From assembly GCF_001457595.1 (NCBI RefSeq), contig NZ_LN831039.1, positions 5,070,001 through 5,102,000 of the forward strand: a stretch of 32,000 nucleotides of DNA, read 5' to 3'. This document shows positions 8,224 to 16,556 of this stretch, piece after piece (the stretch's first letter is position 1; each line of letters opens with the position of its first letter). The stretch comes from Mycolicibacterium smegmatis (GTDB lineage: Bacteria > Actinomycetota > Actinomycetes > Mycobacteriales > Mycobacteriaceae). A model generated the notes under the pieces. It saw only the letters and a list, made by a program, of their open reading frames with translations, made no database searches and had not been told where the DNA came from. Position numbers and translations under genes: made by a program.

Positions 8224-9176
8224 TGTCGTTGTCGACCGCAGACCGGCTGCTGATCGAGAGCATGAAGCAGCGGGAGTTCAACCTCAAGAAGAGGCAGCGC
8301 GCAGCCAACGCGATCTTCCACGAAACCCGGCGCTACCGCGTGCTTCTGGTGGCCACGTGGGCCGTGGTCGTGGCGGGCGTGATGACAGGCGTCTGCGTCG
8401 GTCTGGGAAACACTTTGCGGTACGTGTCCGACCCGTGGCGCATGTCACTTGTGGTTTTCGCCGTCGGTTCGGTGTTCGGCGCGCTGTCCGGGGCCGGCTG
8501 GGTGCGCACTCCGGCCGGGGAGAAGTTGCTCGCCAACAAGGAGCGCCGACTGCACCACAAGTACGGCGGCGATCTGCACGCCGGACGACGCTGGCAGCAG
8601 TTCTACCACCGCGGCGAGGACATCTCGGTCTACATCGGGCAGATCCTGTACGTCGTCGACAGCGAGCAGCGCTTCGAGTGCGTGGACGATGCGCTTGCGT
8701 TCGTCAAGGCGCACAGCGGCGAAATCGCCAGGTTCAGGCAGCGCGGACTCGAGATGTTCAACGCAGTCGTCACCGGGACCACCTTGCTCGTGGTGTCGAG
8801 CGTGAACGAAAGAGGCGAAGTATCAAGCCGTTTCATGCGCTTCGTCAAGACAGACCGGCCCGGTGTGTGGTTCGTCACCACATCGCCGGATTCACCGAAG
8901 GTGCGTGAATTCGACAGCGGCGCTGTCGCATTGATCACCGTGCCGAATGCCGACGGTGCGACGATCAGCAGCAATCGTGTCCGAATTGCACGGTCCGGTC
9001 TGCCCTTTGGCGCAATCGCCGGGCTGTACCGAGATCAGGTGCCCGAATACCTCGACGGCATGACCGAACAGGACCAGCGTCGCGAACTGGTCTACGAATT
9101 GACACTCGAATCGGCGAAGATCGACACCTGGGTCGATCACGAACTGGTCGTATTCAACGGATCAGACAGCGTCTGA
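8223..9176 (+). CDS. Membrane protein with C-terminal pyridoxamine 5'-phosphate oxidase-like FMN split-barrel-like domain, 317 aa
   Basis: ATG overlaps the preceding stop (TGATG at 8221-8225); two N-terminal TM helices; SSRFMRFVKTDRPGVWFVTTSPDSPKVREFDSGAVALITVPNADGATISSNRVRIA resembles PNPOx-like domains. Confidence 0.75.
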   Translation: MSLSTADRLLIESMKQREFNLKKRQRAANAIFHETRRYRVLLVATWAVVVAGVMTGVCVGLGNTLRYVSDPWRMSLVVFAVGSVFGALSGAGWVRTPAGEKLLANKERRLHHKYGGDLHAGRRWQQFYHRGEDISVYIGQILYVVDSEQRFECVDDALAFVKAHSGEIARFRQRGLEMFNAVVTGTTLLVVSSVNERGEVSSRFMRFVKTDRPGVWFVTTSPDSPKVREFDSGAVALITVPNADGATISSNRVRIARSGLPFGAIAGLYRDQVPEYLDGMTEQDQRRELVYELTLESAKIDTWVDHELVVFNGSDSV

Positions 9177-9191
9177 CCTGCACGCAACAGA

Positions 9192-9476
9192 TCAGTGCGG
9201 TACCGCGAAACCCTCAGGCGTGGTCCACGTGAACGGCGGCTTGGCTACCGACGTTTCCGGCGCTGTAGGCGCAGTCGACTGCGTGACGGTGGCGCCCGTC
9301 TGCATGGGCCCCATCGCGTAATCCGGCCCGCTGACGGGCGAATAGCTTGACATCAAACTCAACGCGGCCATCGCGACGACTGCTGCCAGGCCGACAATGC
9401 CTGACACGATCTTGAAGCGCGCCTTGGGAATTCGCACCTTCCGGGCTATATGAGAAATTCGCGTCTGTGAGTACAC
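9192..9476 (-). CDS. Small single-TM protein, ~94 aa
   Basis: Same frame as the 9192-9746 ORF, with a likely GTG start at 9476; basic N-terminus, TM segment IVGLAAVVAMAALSL, Pro/Thr-rich tail. Start uncertain. Confidence 0.5.
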   Translation of the reverse strand: MYSQTRISHIARKVRIPKARFKIVSGIVGLAAVVAMAALSLMSSYSPVSGPDYAMGPMQTGATVTQSTAPTAPETSVAKPPFTWTTPEGFAVPH

Positions 9477-9736
9477 CTCTGACCACTCCACTCGGTCTCG
9501 GGTCGACCGCCCCCTGTGAGCGACGCCGCTTTGTGTAAGGCATCCGGTGCCGGTTTTATTCCGCGTGCAACGAGACGAAGACCACAGTCGGCAAACACCT
9601 GGCGCAAACGGTCCCACGTGCGGCATATCAGCGAACTCACGAATCATGATCAGGTAGTTCACAACTGGGGAGGTAAGACGAGCCACCCAAGGCGTCGCGA
9701 AGAACAGACACCCCGAAAGAAAATGGAGCTTCGCGT

Positions 9737-10996
9737 ATGACCTCAAGCCGGCAGGACCACACCGCCACCGAAACTGCCACGCTCGTACGCCCCGTCGATG
9801 CGCTCGAGCGCCTGTTCTACCGCTACAGCGACCGAAACCCGGTGCATTTCATGCTGGTTGCCGAGTTCGACGACGTCCTCGACGAAGATGCGGTGCGATC
9901 GGCACTGGAACTCCTCAGCAGACGTCATCCGCTGCTGCAGGTGCACGTCGAGGACCGGCAAGGCGGCCGCCTCGGGTTTCATCGCATCGAGAATCCCGAA
10001 CCGGTACCGCTGCGCGTGGTCGAGACCACAAATTGGCAGGCGGTGGCCGCCGAGGAGTTCGTCGAACCCTTCGACCGGTCACGGGCACCGCTGATGCGCG
10101 CGGTTCTGCTCGTCGACGCCACGTCATCGGCACTACTGCTCACCATCGACCACACCATCGGCGACGGTATCTCGACAATCCAGGCCCTTCGTGACGTCCT
10201 TGCTGTACTCAACGGCGAGACGCTGCCGGTTCTTCCCGTGCCGCCCTCGCAAGAAGTGATGCTGGAGAACGTGTTCGGCCCGAGGCAGCAGTGGACGCTC
10301 GTCACGCCGCCGGATCCGGACCCGCGCATGCTCAGGCCCACGTCGGTGCGCGAGTTCGACAGAACCCCGACCACCATCCACAGCTTGGCGATACCGGCCC
10401 ACGACACGGCGGCCCTACTGCGCCGGTGCCGCGCCGAGCGCACCACGGTGCACGCGGCGATCGTCACCGCGGCCTCGCGCGTACGCAACCGGTGGGGTGG
10501 CGAAGACTTCGTACGCGTGCTGAGCCCCATCAACTTCAGGTCACTGATCCGGGCCGACGACGAGGTCGCGCCGTACTTCAGCTGCGTCATCACCGGTATG
10601 GCGCCACAAGACGGCGCGTCGTTCTGGGATCAGGCGCGCAACGTGACCGCGGATCTGGCCGCGGCCCGCTCGGCGCCCAGAACCCTGGCTGCCTCGGCAG
10701 GGGTTCAACAGCTCATCGGCGTCGATGCCGACACCGCAACCGCCGAGGAGGTGTTCACCAGGGCCATACCGTTCGACCTGTTGATCACGAACCTGGGCAT
10801 CCAGGACCTCGAGGGGACGGGTCCGCTGCGGCCGACGGCGGTGTGGGCCCCGGTGCTCGAAAGCCAGATCGCCGGCAACGTCGTCATCGGGATCACCACC
10901 TACGCGGGAGTCCTGCGCATGGTGGCGTGTGGGTACGCACCCGTGCAGGAGTTCCTCGAACCCGTCGCGCAAACCCTGGTCGACGAATCAGCGTGA
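9737..10996 (+). CDS. Condensation-domain acyltransferase, PapA5-like
   Basis: LLTIDHTIGDGIST (HxxxDG active-site motif) and overall condensation-fold layout. Confidence 0.8.
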   Translation: MTSSRQDHTATETATLVRPVDALERLFYRYSDRNPVHFMLVAEFDDVLDEDAVRSALELLSRRHPLLQVHVEDRQGGRLGFHRIENPEPVPLRVVETTNWQAVAAEEFVEPFDRSRAPLMRAVLLVDATSSALLLTIDHTIGDGISTIQALRDVLAVLNGETLPVLPVPPSQEVMLENVFGPRQQWTLVTPPDPDPRMLRPTSVREFDRTPTTIHSLAIPAHDTAALLRRCRAERTTVHAAIVTAASRVRNRWGGEDFVRVLSPINFRSLIRADDEVAPYFSCVITGMAPQDGASFWDQARNVTADLAAARSAPRTLAASAGVQQLIGVDADTATAEEVFTRAIPFDLLITNLGIQDLEGTGPLRPTAVWAPVLESQIAGNVVIGITTYAGVLRMVACGYAPVQEFLEPVAQTLVDESA

Positions 10997-12214
10997 GCGC
11001 CGCGCGAAATCAGGTGCATGTTCGGGCAGCGGTCCCACCCCCACCAGATAGGCCGGGACCTTCGCCAGGCCCGGGAACCGGCTGAGCACCGCGCCCACGG
11101 CCTTCAGCACGCGCTCGGGCGGCTGTCTGATCTCGCCGCCGAGCAGCGCCCGCCGCAGACCGATGTGCAGCACCCGCTGGACCGCCTGGATAACCGCGGC
11201 AGGCACGTACCGGCGCTTCTCGACAGCGGCCAGGTCGCGCCGGGTGACCCGGCCGGTGCGCAGCGGTTCGGCGAGGATGCGCGCAGCGGCGACCGCGTCG
11301 GCGATCGCGAGGTTGATGCCGACGCCGCCGACCGGGGACATCGCGTGTGCGGCGTCGCCGATGCACAGCAACCCGTCGCGGTACCAGCGGCGCAACCGGT
11401 TGAGCTTGACGTCCAGCACCTTGACGTCGGCCCACGACGTCAGCCGGTCGACCGAGGCCTCGGGCACCGCTTCGGCGACCTGCGCACGGAACACCTCGAG
11501 CCCGCGTGCGTGCAACTGCTTCTCGCCGCCCTTGGGCAGGAAGCAGCCGGCCTGGAAGTAGCCCTCACGCGGAATGAGGATGAGCGCCTGCCCGGACGAG
11601 ATCCGCGGTGTCAGTTGGTAGGCGGTCTCCTTGATGCGGTCGATGCGGAACCAGCCCACGTCGAAGGGGACGGGGTACTCCCGCGGCGCCAGCCCGGCCT
11701 CTTTGCGCACGCGTGACGTGCGTCCGTCGCACGCGACGGTGAGATCGGCGCGCAACTCCCCCGGCCCGTCGGGGGCGTGGTAGCGGACGCCGGTGACGGT
11801 GTCGCCGTCTTTGAGCAGCCCCGTGACCTCGGTCTGCATGCGCAGGGTGAACGTGGGTTCCTCCTTGGCCGCATCGGCGAGCAGATCGAGGAAATCCCAT
11901 TGCGGCACAAGGGCGATGTAGCGGTGCGGCAGGTTCAGCCTGCCGAAGTCGACGACCGTGACCTCGCGGCCACCGAGGTCGAACCGCGCCCGTTCGACGC
12001 GGCTGTGCTGCAGCGCGTCGAACTTCTCGAACAGGCCCAGTTCGTCGAGCAGGCGCAGGGTCGCCGGATGCACGGTGTCCCCGCGGAAGTCGCGCAGGAA
12101 GTCGGCGTGCTTCTCGAACACCGTGACCTCGATCCCCGCGCGGGCCAGCAGCAGGCCCAGCACCATGCCTGCGGGACCGCCTCCGACGACGGCGCATGTG
12201 GTCTTCTCGGTCAT
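10988..12214 (-). CDS. FAD-dependent monooxygenase (PHBH-like), 408 aa
   Basis: VVGGGPAGMVLGLLLARAGIEVTVFEK, and RDGLLCIGDAAHAMSPVGGVGINLAIADA (GD motif). ATG at 12214. Confidence 0.9.
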   Translation of the reverse strand: MTEKTTCAVVGGGPAGMVLGLLLARAGIEVTVFEKHADFLRDFRGDTVHPATLRLLDELGLFEKFDALQHSRVERARFDLGGREVTVVDFGRLNLPHRYIALVPQWDFLDLLADAAKEEPTFTLRMQTEVTGLLKDGDTVTGVRYHAPDGPGELRADLTVACDGRTSRVRKEAGLAPREYPVPFDVGWFRIDRIKETAYQLTPRISSGQALILIPREGYFQAGCFLPKGGEKQLHARGLEVFRAQVAEAVPEASVDRLTSWADVKVLDVKLNRLRRWYRDGLLCIGDAAHAMSPVGGVGINLAIADAVAAARILAEPLRTGRVTRRDLAAVEKRRYVPAAVIQAVQRVLHIGLRRALLGGEIRQPPERVLKAVGAVLSRFPGLAKVPAYLVGVGPLPEHAPDFARRSR

Positions 12215-12216
12215 CG

Positions 12217-13011
12217 TCACTCGCTTTCTCCCGTGGTGACGGCGCGCACGAAGGTATCGGCGAACACGTCGCAGGCGCTGTCGATGTCGGGTAGGCCCAC
12301 GAAGGCCAGGTTCGCGCTGGTCGGGCGCACGAACAGGTGCATCAGCATCGGCGCCATCAACTGCTGTGCCAGCAACAGGACAGGTAGATCTCGCACGCGT
12401 CCGGCCGCAACCTCGCCGGTGAGCCACTCGGCGAGCAGTCCGAGCATCCGTGGCGCACCGTGACCGACGACGGCCTGCACAGCGGGGCTGTGCGGCCGCG
12501 CCAAGGCCTCGGCGAAGATGGCCGGCACCACCCGCGGTGGGCGGTCCAGCGCCCGCGTGAGCATGCCGTAGAACGCCCGCACGGTGTCGCGCAGGTCGCC
12601 GTGGCGCTGCGACAGGAACGCCTCGACATCGCGGACCGGGCTGTACTGCTCGAAAACCTCGCGCAGCAGACCGTCACGTGTGCCGAAGACCGCGTGGAGG
12701 CTGGGCACGGAGCATTCGGCCCTGTCGGCGATCGCCTCCAATGTGACAGCACCCAAACCGATCTCGCCGATCAGCTCGGCTGCCGCGCCGACCGCGCGCA
12801 CCCGCACCGGGGGCAGGCCGCCTGGATCGGTGCCGCGCGCGCGTACGGCCTGGTCGAGGGCCGAGCGGGAGCCCCCCAGGCGGCGCAGCAGCGTGCTTCG
12901 CGACATTCCCGCATGACGCGCGATCACTTCGGCAGGCACGTCGGCGACCCCCCTGCCCAGCTCCGCCGCGGCGCGCAGTGCCGCATCGACGAGTTCTTCG
13001 GGGACCGCCAC
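12217..13011 (-). CDS. TetR/AcrR-family-like regulator with two HTH segments, 264 aa
   Basis: GTG at 13011 preceded by GGGAGGTGAT; second HTH GAVTLEAIADRAECSVPSLHAVFGTRDGLLREVF is TetR_N-like; first HTH is ADVPAEVIARHAGMSRSTLLRRLGGSRSAL. Confidence 0.82.
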   Translation of the reverse strand: MAVPEELVDAALRAAAELGRGVADVPAEVIARHAGMSRSTLLRRLGGSRSALDQAVRARGTDPGGLPPVRVRAVGAAAELIGEIGLGAVTLEAIADRAECSVPSLHAVFGTRDGLLREVFEQYSPVRDVEAFLSQRHGDLRDTVRAFYGMLTRALDRPPRVVPAIFAEALARPHSPAVQAVVGHGAPRMLGLLAEWLTGEVAAGRVRDLPVLLLAQQLMAPMLMHLFVRPTSANLAFVGLPDIDSACDVFADTFVRAVTTGESE

Positions 13012-13038
13012 CGCGATCACCTCCCGTCGAATCAGCGT

Positions 13039-13053
13039 TATAGGAATCCTATA
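13039..13053. promoter_or_regulatory. Palindrome TATAGGA-A-TCCTATA, candidate operator of the adjacent regulator
   Basis: Perfect 7-bp arms with one central base, ~28 bp upstream of the proposed GTG start. Confidence 0.6.
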
Positions 13054-13077
13054 CCCGTGTGTCAACAGCGGCGAAAA

Positions 13078-13110
13078 AACGAGCGTGCGCGAAATCCACG
13101 CCCGCTCGTT
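13078..13110 (-). terminator. Intrinsic terminator of the 13130-13531 gene
   Basis: Minus strand AACGAGCGGGCGTGGATTTCGCGCACGCTCGTTTTTT: ~13-bp imperfect stem followed by T6. Confidence 0.75.
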
Positions 13111-13129
13111 CCTGCCGAACAGCCAGAAC

Positions 13130-13531
13130 TCAGCCGAGGCCCAGTTTCTTGGCTGCTTTGGTCAAACCCCCCAGACCGGCCCACTTCGCCGCGGTCTCAA
13201 GCGGGAACGTTGCCCACTTCTGGGCGGTGTCACCCGGGAAGTTCGCCCACTTCTCGGCGGTGTCGCCCGGGAAGTCGACCCACTTCTGGGCGGTGCCGCC
13301 GGGGAGGTTGGCCAGCTTGTCCGCGACGGTCTCCCTCGAATCCGAATCGCCGAGGACGGGCACGGGCGCGGCGGACGACGACGTCTTGCCCGGGCCCGTC
13401 GAGGACACCCGGTTGCACGGCGAGCATCCGACGGAGCTCTGGGAATCGGCGGCTGCCGGCGCGGCCAGCGCGACACCGGCACAGAGCGCCCCCGCGGCGA
13501 CCGTCGCGGCGATCAGTTTGTTCTGCATCAT
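13130..13531 (-). CDS. Secreted protein, ~133 aa, paralogue of 5715-6143, with three full 11-aa KWxxFPxxTAx repeats plus a degenerate leading unit
   Basis: Signal peptide MMQNKLIAATVAAGALCAGVALAAPAAADS; repeats KWVDFPGDTAE KWANFPGDTAQ KWATFPLETAA; GGGGGA upstream of tandem ATGs. Confidence 0.85.
   Translation of the reverse strand: MMQNKLIAATVAAGALCAGVALAAPAAADSQSSVGCSPCNRVSSTGPGKTSSSAAPVPVLGDSDSRETVADKLANLPGGTAQKWVDFPGDTAEKWANFPGDTAQKWATFPLETAAKWAGLGGLTKAAKKLGLG
13187..13285 (-). repeat. Three in-frame 33-bp units encoding KWxxFPxxTAx
   Basis: Read from translation; the unit before it (KLANLPGGTAQ) is degenerate. Confidence 0.85.
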
Positions 13532-13617
13532 GGGTCCCCCAACCGTTCTGATCCTGCTGTTGCAGTACACCCGAACGTTAGCTTTCCTCCGGCGCTCATG
13601 CACCGCGAACCGGGAGC

Positions 13618-14298
13618 TCAGTACGCGTCGTGCAGGCGCATCCACTCGTACGGCGGGCGCTGCGGCCAACCCTGCGGCGAGTCCTCCCAGGTCTCCTGAC
13701 GGCCGTACGGCGTGAGGTCCAGCAGGTCGAACACCACCATGAAGGGTTCCTCGCCGCGCCGGTAGGTCGAATACGTGTGGAACACCCGCTGCCCGTCGCG
13801 CAGGAACACGCTGATCCCGTGGTGCTCCTCGTCGTCGACCGTGACGTGGAAGTCCTCGTTGAACGTCGTCGCACCCGACGACACCCACGGCAGGTCCCAG
13901 CCCATGCGGTCTCGGAACGCGAGCAGCGCCCCCACAGGCGCGCGGGACACCAACGCGAACGACGTGTCCTTGGCGTGCAGGTGTGACAGCGGCCCGACGT
14001 GATCGGCCATCATCGAGCAGCCGACACAACCCTCGGCCCAGTCGGGGTGGAACATGAAGTGCTGCACGATGAGCTGGCGCCTGCCGTCGAACAGGTCGAG
14101 CAGTGACACCGGCCCGGTCTCGGTGTCGAAAACGTAGTCGCCCGCGGCTTTTTCGGTGATGTCCACCATGGGCATCCGACGGCGTGCGGCGCTGACGGCA
14201 TCCTTGAGGCGGGTCAGCTCCTTTTCACGGACGAGCAACTCGGCGCGTCGCGCCTCCCATTCGGCGCGCGAGACGATCGGTGGCAGCCCTGAGGTCAT
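13618..14298 (-). CDS. DUF899 family thioredoxin-like protein, 226 aa
   Basis: MFHPDWAEGCVGCSMMADHVGPLSHLHAKDTSFALVSRAPV; ...TYSTYRRGEE....YEWMRLHDAY. ATG at 14298 overlaps the upstream stop. Confidence 0.85.
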   Translation of the reverse strand: MTSGLPPIVSRAEWEARRAELLVREKELTRLKDAVSAARRRMPMVDITEKAAGDYVFDTETGPVSLLDLFDGRRQLIVQHFMFHPDWAEGCVGCSMMADHVGPLSHLHAKDTSFALVSRAPVGALLAFRDRMGWDLPWVSSGATTFNEDFHVTVDDEEHHGISVFLRDGQRVFHTYSTYRRGEEPFMVVFDLLDLTPYGRQETWEDSPQGWPQRPPYEWMRLHDAY

Positions 14299-15188
14299 GC
14301 GAAATTCTGTACCGCCTCGGCCACCCGGCGCAGCTGATCGATGTTGGCGCTCGTCGGGATCAGGTGGATCTCGTCGGTGCCGATGTCCTCGAACTTGCCG
14401 AGCAGCTCGACCAGATCGTCCTCGGTGCCCGCCCACCCGGTGGTGGGCGCCATGGCGTCGACGTACTCGGCCGGGATCCAGTTCATGTAGCGGAGCAGAT
14501 GCCGGTGGACCTGGGCGCGGGCCACCTCGGGCTCGCCGAGCGCGAACCAGAACGACGTCGCCAGATGCGGTTTCGGCTTGCCCTCCTGCGCCCAGGCCGA
14601 CCTCGCGATCTGGAACAGCTCGGCCTGCTTGCCGAGGTCGAGGTCCAGCGTGGTGCCCGCGACACCGTCGGCCCATGCCGCGGCGTCGCGCACGGTCTTC
14701 GGGCCTATGGTGCCGATGTGCAGCGGCGGTCCGCCGGTCTGCGCTGGTGGCGGTCCGACCGGCAGCACCGATTCGGTGACCTTCTCGCCGGCCCACACGC
14801 GCTTCATCACCGCGACCGCGTCCGCGAGCCCCTTGCGGTTCTGCGCCGACAGGTCGGCGCCCACGGCTCGGTAGTCCTCTTCGCGCCCGCCGATGCCGAG
14901 GCCGACGGTCAGCCTGCCGCCGCTGAGCATGTCGCCGGTGGCCAGGGCCTTCGCGAGCGCCACCGGATCGTGCAGTTGCGGGACGATCACCGTGGTCACC
15001 AGCCGCACGCGGTCGGTCCACGCCGCGAGCGCTCCCAGCAGGGTCAGGCTGTCCGGATTGTCGAACGCGATGCGTTCGCCCCAGCACAACGACGAGAACG
15101 GGCCACCGTCGATGACGTGTGCCCACGCCCGCAGTGTGGCCGCATCCAACTGTGGTTCCATGACCGGCAGGGTCATCCCAATCCGCAC
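14295..15188 (-). CDS. LLM-class (F420-dependent type) oxidoreductase, 297 aa
   Basis: Luciferase-like layout: LVTTVIVPQLHDPVALAKALATGDMLSGGRLTVGLGIGGREEDYRAVG. Confidence 0.9.
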   Translation of the reverse strand: MRIGMTLPVMEPQLDAATLRAWAHVIDGGPFSSLCWGERIAFDNPDSLTLLGALAAWTDRVRLVTTVIVPQLHDPVALAKALATGDMLSGGRLTVGLGIGGREEDYRAVGADLSAQNRKGLADAVAVMKRVWAGEKVTESVLPVGPPPAQTGGPPLHIGTIGPKTVRDAAAWADGVAGTTLDLDLGKQAELFQIARSAWAQEGKPKPHLATSFWFALGEPEVARAQVHRHLLRYMNWIPAEYVDAMAPTTGWAGTEDDLVELLGKFEDIGTDEIHLIPTSANIDQLRRVAEAVQNFA

Positions 15189-15281
15189 TGATCGAGTCTC
15201 CCATCGAGGGGTGGTTAACCCCCACCCGGCTCTGGGGAAAACGCTGTGTCGCCGGGCGCGCAGAGTTCGTAAGTTGAAGGC

Positions 15282-16556
15282 ATGGCTGCAATCAGCGCAA
15301 CCGTGACAAGACCACGCAACATCGGTGTGGTGCCGGCCGCCTCCATGGTCACCGGCGCCGCGATAGCGACGGTGTGGTTCTGGATACCGTTGGCAATAAT
15401 GATCATTGGCGTTTCATCGATACCTTCGGTGATCGGCTTCCTGCTCGCGGGCGTGGTGTTCATCTACCTCATGCGCGGCGTCGAGTGGGTGGAACGCGCC
15501 CGCAGCGAGGCGGTTTTCGCCCTCAACATCAGCATTCCGCCGCGTCCGCGCACGCACCACAGCGGTTTCCAGGGCTGGGCGCACCAGCTGTGGCTCGACG
15601 TCAGCTGCACCCGGTTCTGGAAGGGCGTGGCGCACCACTACCTGCGGATGATCTACGACCTGCTGGCGGCCGGAATCGCGTTCGCGTTGCTCGCGTTCGC
15701 GTTCATCGGCCCGGCCGCGTCCATGGCCATCCGCGACAGCGACGACGACGCGGGACTGGTGTTCCTCTCACCGCCGATCGCGTGGCTCCTGGCGGTCATC
15801 GCGGTCGCCGCGGCCGCGGCCATCCTGGTGTTCGCGCCCGCGCTCGACGCGGCGATCGACCGGTGGCTGCTCTCACCGTCGCCCACGGCGGCCCTTCAGC
15901 ACCGGGTCAACGCGCTCGCCGACGCGCGGGAGGGCGCGGTCTCGTCGGCGCAGACCGAGCGCCACCGCATCGAGCGCGACCTCCACGACAGCGTGCAACC
16001 ACGCCTGGTGTCGCTGGCCATGACCATCGGCCTGGCGCAGACCAAGCTGGATTCGGACCTGCCCGCGGCCAAGGAGCTGATCGCCGAGGCACACGACGAG
16101 GCCAAGAACGCGCTGGTGGAGTTGCGCAACGTCGTGCGCGGCATCGCCCCGACGATCCTGGCCGACCGCGGCCTGGACGCAGCCTTGTCGTCGGTGGCGC
16201 AGCGCGCGCAGAACTCCGGTGTGCCAACCACATTGGACGTGCATCTACCGCACCGGCTGCCCGACGAGGTGGAGTCCGTCGCGTACTTCGTGGCGGCCGA
16301 GGCGCTCACCAACGTGATCAGGCACGCCCAGGCCAACCAGGCCGTGGTGACCGTGCGTCTCGACGAACCGAGCGCGACGCTGCACGTCTCGGTGTTCGAC
16401 GACGGCAAGGGCGGCGCGCGCATCGAATCGGACGCCAACGCGACCGGCCTGCGCGGGCTCGCCGAACGTGTGCGTGCGGCAGGCGGAACCTTCGACGTGT
16501 CCAGCCCGGCGACCGGGCCGACGATCGTGACGGCGGTGCTGCCATGCGGATCGTGA
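15282..16556 (+). CDS. Membrane sensor histidine kinase, NarL/LiaS-type (HisKA_3), 424 aa
   Basis: TM sensor region; ERDLHDSVQPRLVSLAM (H box); ATPase motifs AEALTNVIRHAQA and VFDDGKGG...GLRGLAERV. Confidence 0.92.
   Translation: MAAISATVTRPRNIGVVPAASMVTGAAIATVWFWIPLAIMIIGVSSIPSVIGFLLAGVVFIYLMRGVEWVERARSEAVFALNISIPPRPRTHHSGFQGWAHQLWLDVSCTRFWKGVAHHYLRMIYDLLAAGIAFALLAFAFIGPAASMAIRDSDDDAGLVFLSPPIAWLLAVIAVAAAAAILVFAPALDAAIDRWLLSPSPTAALQHRVNALADAREGAVSSAQTERHRIERDLHDSVQPRLVSLAMTIGLAQTKLDSDLPAAKELIAEAHDEAKNALVELRNVVRGIAPTILADRGLDAALSSVAQRAQNSGVPTTLDVHLPHRLPDEVESVAYFVAAEALTNVIRHAQANQAVVTVRLDEPSATLHVSVFDDGKGGARIESDANATGLRGLAERVRAAGGTFDVSSPATGPTIVTAVLPCGS

Noticed and set aside
9477-9746. N-terminal ~90 aa of the 9192-9746 ORF
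   Set aside because: The composition upstream of the GTG at 9476 does not look coding, and it runs into the divergent PapA5-like start; the shorter model is preferred.
13532-14029. Upstream extension of the 13130-14029 minus ORF
   Set aside because: Overlaps the DUF899 gene in another frame; a signal peptide and Shine-Dalgarno mark the start at ~13531.
15206-15224. GGGTGG...CCACCC partial inverted repeat before the histidine kinase
   Set aside because: Short GC-rich arms are expected by chance at this composition.
15374-16543. N-terminal ~390 aa of the 15374-17188 ORF as an extension of the response regulator
   Set aside because: This part is out of frame with the kinase and is Arg/Gly-rich; the real regulator starts at 16544.
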